Shown piece by piece: positions 7,251 to 10,360 of a stretch of DNA of 10,360 nucleotides (position 1 is the stretch's first letter; each line of letters starts with the position of its first letter). The stretch covers positions 1-10,360 of the forward strand of contig JBHEMM010000059.1 of assembly GCA_046262595.1 (NCBI GenBank), read 5' to 3'. Source of the DNA: Vulcanimicrobiaceae bacterium. GTDB lineage: Bacteria > Vulcanimicrobiota > Vulcanimicrobiia > Vulcanimicrobiales > Vulcanimicrobiaceae. Made by a program: the position numbers and the translations under genes. The notes under the pieces are model-generated. The model made no database searches. It saw only the letters and a list, made by a program, of their open reading frames with translations, and had not been told where the DNA came from.

Positions 7251-8804
7251 ATGTCGCTCCGGCGCCTCGCGTTCCTCGTGCTCATCCTGCTGGCGTTGCC
7301 GGCGGTGGCCGTTGCCCACCCACTTGGAAATTTCACGACGAATCATTTGACGCGGCTGACGGTGCGCGACCAGACGGTCACGCTTCGATACGTGCTCGAT
7401 CTCGCGGAAATTCCGACGGTCGCGCTCGATCGGACCCTTTCGCCGGACGGACGACCGAGTCAAGCCCAGTATCGCGCCTGGGCGTCCGCGCATGCCGCGG
7501 AGATCGTACCGGCCTTGCAACTGTCCGTCGACGGTGCGCCGCTTGCCCTTGGTCCGGCGCTGACGACGGTGGCAATTCGGCAAGGCGCGGCCGGGCTGCA
7601 TCTCGTGTACCTGACCGCGACCTACCGCGCGGCGCTGCCGGCCGGCGCGCGCGGCCTGACATATCACGACCGCACCGAAGCTGGTCGACTCGGCTGGCGC
7701 GATGTGGTGCTTTCCCCGGCATCCGAGCCGACTCGCGAGCTGACGGTCTATCCGAGCGCGCTCGTCGGATCACCGCGCGCCCGAACGGATCTTGAGGCAA
7801 CAATCGCCGGCGGCGTCGCGCATACGCTCGTGCCGCCGGCCGTTGACGGCAGCGCTGCGGCGCCGTCCGTCGCTCGTTCGAACGCGCTCTCGGATCTGCT
7901 CGCGCGTGACGGCAGCGGTCCCCTCTTTCTTTTCGGCGCTTTGCTGCTTGCGCTCGGCCTGGGCGCGCTGCACGCCCTCGAACCAGGCCACGGAAAGACC
8001 CTGCTTGCGGTTTCCCTCGTCGGGGCGCGCGCCACCGCGTCGCAGGCACTGATCTTGGCCTCTTCGCTCACCGTCGCACATACGATCGGCGTGCTTGCGC
8101 TTGGTCTGGTCGTGCTGTTTGCGACGCGCTGGATCGTCCCCGAAAGTATTTATCCCTGGGTCACGCTCCTGTCCGGCATTCTGGTGGCCGTCCTTGGAGC
8201 GCGCGCACTTGCGGCGCAAGTCCGGCGGCGCCGGCCGGTCGCGCACGTTCACCCGCACGTTCACCCGCACGCGCATCCGCACGACCACGATCACGCGCAC
8301 GGCTTCGGCATCGAGGAGCATCACGACCACGCATCGCTCGACGAGAGCGCGCACGCCCTCGCCCACGCCGTTCCCGGGACGGCTCCGCTCACGTTCCGCA
8401 CGGCGGTTTTCGCAGCCGCGAGCGGCAACATCGCGCCTTGTCCGGCCGCCCTCGTCGTATTGCTGGCGGCGATTTCGCTGCACCGGATCGGTTTCGGCCT
8501 GACACTCATCGTCGCGTTCAGTGTCGGACTCGCGGCGACACTGACGACGCTCGGCATCGCCGTGGTTCGCGGCGCTGCTTGGCTCTCGCGTCGCCCGCAC
8601 TTCGAGCGGGTCGCGCGCTATGCGCCATTCGCGTCTGCCGGCGTCATCGCGGTGATCGGCGCGGTCATGCTGAGCGAAGGTTTGGCCGCGCAAGGCGTAC
8701 CCGCGCCGATGCCCTTCCTCGTTGGGCTCACGCTGCTGGCGATCGTCGGATATGCGTTTGCGTTGCCGCACCGGCATGGCAACCCCGGAACGGCGCGTGC
8801 ATGA
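7251..8804 (+). CDS. RcnA/NicO-family Ni/Co transporter with exported N-terminal domain and His-rich loop (517 aa)
   Basis: ATG 7251 follows AGGAAG. Signal peptide ending AVA, then HPLGNFTTNH. The membrane domain has the RcnA-type motifs GALHALEPGHGKT, TVAHTIGV and PCPAALVVLL, plus a His-rich loop at 8244-8366. Confidence 0.88.
   Translation: MSLRRLAFLVLILLALPAVAVAHPLGNFTTNHLTRLTVRDQTVTLRYVLDLAEIPTVALDRTLSPDGRPSQAQYRAWASAHAAEIVPALQLSVDGAPLALGPALTTVAIRQGAAGLHLVYLTATYRAALPAGARGLTYHDRTEAGRLGWRDVVLSPASEPTRELTVYPSALVGSPRARTDLEATIAGGVAHTLVPPAVDGSAAAPSVARSNALSDLLARDGSGPLFLFGALLLALGLGALHALEPGHGKTLLAVSLVGARATASQALILASSLTVAHTIGVLALGLVVLFATRWIVPESIYPWVTLLSGILVAVLGARALAAQVRRRRPVAHVHPHVHPHAHPHDHDHAHGFGIEEHHDHASLDESAHALAHAVPGTAPLTFRTAVFAAASGNIAPCPAALVVLLAAISLHRIGFGLTLIVAFSVGLAATLTTLGIAVVRGAAWLSRRPHFERVARYAPFASAGVIAVIGAVMLSEGLAAQGVPAPMPFLVGLTLLAIVGYAFALPHRHGNPGTARA
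8243..8282 (+). repeat. 12-nt coding tandem repeat encoding (HVHP)2-HAHP-H
   Basis: GCACGTTCACCC occurs twice exactly, followed by the degenerate copy GCACGCGCATCC and GCAC. Confidence 0.75.
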
Positions 8805-9619
8805 TCGCGTTCTCCGCGTTTACCGTATTTGCGTTAGGGCTGCGCCATGGCGCGGATCCCGACCATCTTGCGGCAATCGATAACATCACGCGGAACGCTT
8901 ACGCAAAGGCTCCTATGTTGAGCCGCTTCGTCGGCACCATGTTCGCAGGCGGGCACTCGATCATGGTGCTGGCACTGTCTGCGCTCGTCGGTTTGCTTGG
9001 AGCGCGCTTTTCGGCACACGGCGCAACGGTCGAATTGATCGGAACGTGGGTCAGCGTGTTGGTACTCGTAGCCATTGCGGCGATGAACATTCGACAACTG
9101 CGTTTTGGCGATACGAGCCGCATCGCGGGTGCGAAGACGCGCTTACTGCCGCGCGCGCTGCGCGAGGGGACGAACGCCTTGTTGGCAATCCCGATCGGTC
9201 TGCTCTTCGGCTTCGGCTTCGAGACGTCGAGCCAAGTAGCAACCTACGCGGTCGCTTTCGGCGCGGGAGCCGGCGTCTGGGGCGCCGTCGTCGTGGGCTC
9301 CATGTTTTGTCTGGGAATGTTCGTCACGGGAACGCTGGACAGCATCCTCGTGCATCGATTGATTTCCTACCGGTCAAACGGCCTGCCCGCGGTGATGCGC
9401 GCTTGGATCGGCTCCGTTACGGCTTTAGCGCTGATCGTCGCGGCGTACGAACTCGCTTTACTGCTCGGTTGGAAACCGCCGTTCACCGATTTGGATGTGA
9501 GCGCGGCGCTCGTCGTATCCCTGGGATTCGTCTTCGTCTACGTGTTCGCGCGCACACGGCAAAGTCGGGTGAAATGTGAGCCGGCCGGCGTGCCGGAGCT
9601 TACGCCGGGCGACCGCTAA
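8801..9619 (+). CDS. HoxN/HupN/NixA-like (NiCoT) nickel/cobalt permease (272 aa)
   Basis: ATG 8801 overlaps the upstream TGA (ATGA). NiCoT signatures: LGLRHGADPDHLAAID (cf. RHAxDADHI), FAGGHSIMV (cf. FSLGHSTVV), GLLFGFGFETSSQ (cf. FGLGFDTATE). Multiple hydrophobic helices. Confidence 0.88.
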   Translation: MIAFSAFTVFALGLRHGADPDHLAAIDNITRNAYAKAPMLSRFVGTMFAGGHSIMVLALSALVGLLGARFSAHGATVELIGTWVSVLVLVAIAAMNIRQLRFGDTSRIAGAKTRLLPRALREGTNALLAIPIGLLFGFGFETSSQVATYAVAFGAGAGVWGAVVVGSMFCLGMFVTGTLDSILVHRLISYRSNGLPAVMRAWIGSVTALALIVAAYELALLLGWKPPFTDLDVSAALVVSLGFVFVYVFARTRQSRVKCEPAGVPELTPGDR

Positions 9620-9922
9620 AAAGCGCCGCGCCGTTTGCGGAAAGTAGCAAAGCGCTAACCCGCTGACAGTCCGCGTTGCCTGTTGTTTAGGCTCCCACGT
9701 TTTCGGGCGCCCTCGACATCGCACGCTATCCCGATGTCCGTGATGCGTTCCAAGACGTGCGCTCTGGCGGGGAGGGCGGCGCGCGAGTAAGCGCCGCGGC
9801 CGCGTCGAACGCATATTCATGGCCGGCCGGCTGCAGCGTAGACAAACGATTTTTCCGACGCTACGCCGCCGCGACGCGTGGTGTACGCGTGCGCCGCACG
9901 CTACCGTGCGCGAGGTCCGGCG

Positions 9923-10360
9923 GTGAACGCGCGCGCGCGGCCGCCCCTGCGGTCGCTCGTGCGCTATTTCTTCGTGCTGGGCGCGACGGGCTTCGGCGGT
10001 CCGGTCGCTCTGGCGAATTACATGCGCCGCGACCTGGTGGAACGCGACGACTGGCTCAGCGAAGAGGAATACGACCGCGGCCTTGCGGTCGCGACCGCAT
10101 GCCCGGGACCGATGGCCTATCAGCTCGGCGTCTATTGCGGCTACGTAACGCACGGCGCGGTGGGCGGCGCACTGGTGGCGTGCGCCTTTGCGTCCGCACC
10201 GTTCGTGCTCGTCACGGCGATCGCCGCGCTGTACGTGCGGTTCGCCGGCGCGCCGTGGCTGCACGCGCTCTTTTATGGGATCGGCCCCGTGGTCGTCGCG
10301 CTGATCGTGAAAGCGTCCTGGAACCTCGGCAAGAAAACGCTGCGCGCCGAGGTCCCCGCG
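9923..10360 (+). CDS. chrA: Chromate ion transporter (CHR family), 3'-truncated
   Basis: Not in the ORF track because there is no stop in the window. SD GAGGT (9912-9916), GTG 9923. Translation: MNARARPPLRSLVRYFFVLGATGFGGPVALANYMRRDLVERDDWLSEEEYDRGLAVATACPGPMAYQLGVYCGY..., with the CHR motifs FGG, WLSEEE and PGP. Confidence 0.9.
   Translation, partial: MNARARPPLRSLVRYFFVLGATGFGGPVALANYMRRDLVERDDWLSEEEYDRGLAVATACPGPMAYQLGVYCGYVTHGAVGGALVACAFASAPFVLVTAIAALYVRFAGAPWLHALFYGIGPVVVALIVKASWNLGKKTLRAEVPA

Noticed and set aside
4111..8777. Long antisense and alternate-frame ORFs (e.g. 4111..4854, 5626..6402, 7023..7667, 7770..8777)
   Set aside because: They overlap well-supported + strand genes and are expected from stop-codon scarcity in GC-rich coding DNA.
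8438..8800. Long N-terminal extension of the NiCoT ORF
   Set aside because: It is an Arg-rich off-frame reading inside the RcnA-like gene; the ATGA overlap at 8801 marks the plausible start.
9458..10264. 268-aa minus-strand ORF
   Set aside because: It is an antisense shadow of chrA and the NiCoT 3' end, Arg/Ala-rich with no recognisable motif.

Overview
GC-rich bacterial DNA with all real genes on the + strand. The window opens in the 3' part of a STAND-type ATPase/TPR regulator, whose first ~40 codons instead read as a GGDEF diguanylate-cyclase core, joined at a shared RLDGVPL motif (possible chimera). A ~460-nt intergenic region with repeated motifs follows. Next is a tightly packed 7-gene operon-like cluster (2142-9619): a DUF4331-like protein split into a secreted N-half and a lipoprotein C-half, a signal-anchored TPR protein (probably CTG start), a full-length fused DUF4331-like paralog, a putative outer-membrane beta-barrel, an RcnA/NicO-type His-rich Ni/Co transporter with an exported N-terminal domain, and a HoxN/NixA-type NiCoT permease. 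The window ends in the 5' part of a ChrA chromate transporter that the ORF track missed. Main hypothesis: both DUF4331 N-domains mature to NH2-Ser-Asp-His, an ATCUN Ni/Cu-binding motif, so the cluster may be an uncharacterised envelope-spanning nickel capture or handling system. Family assignments come from motif recognition only; no searches were run.
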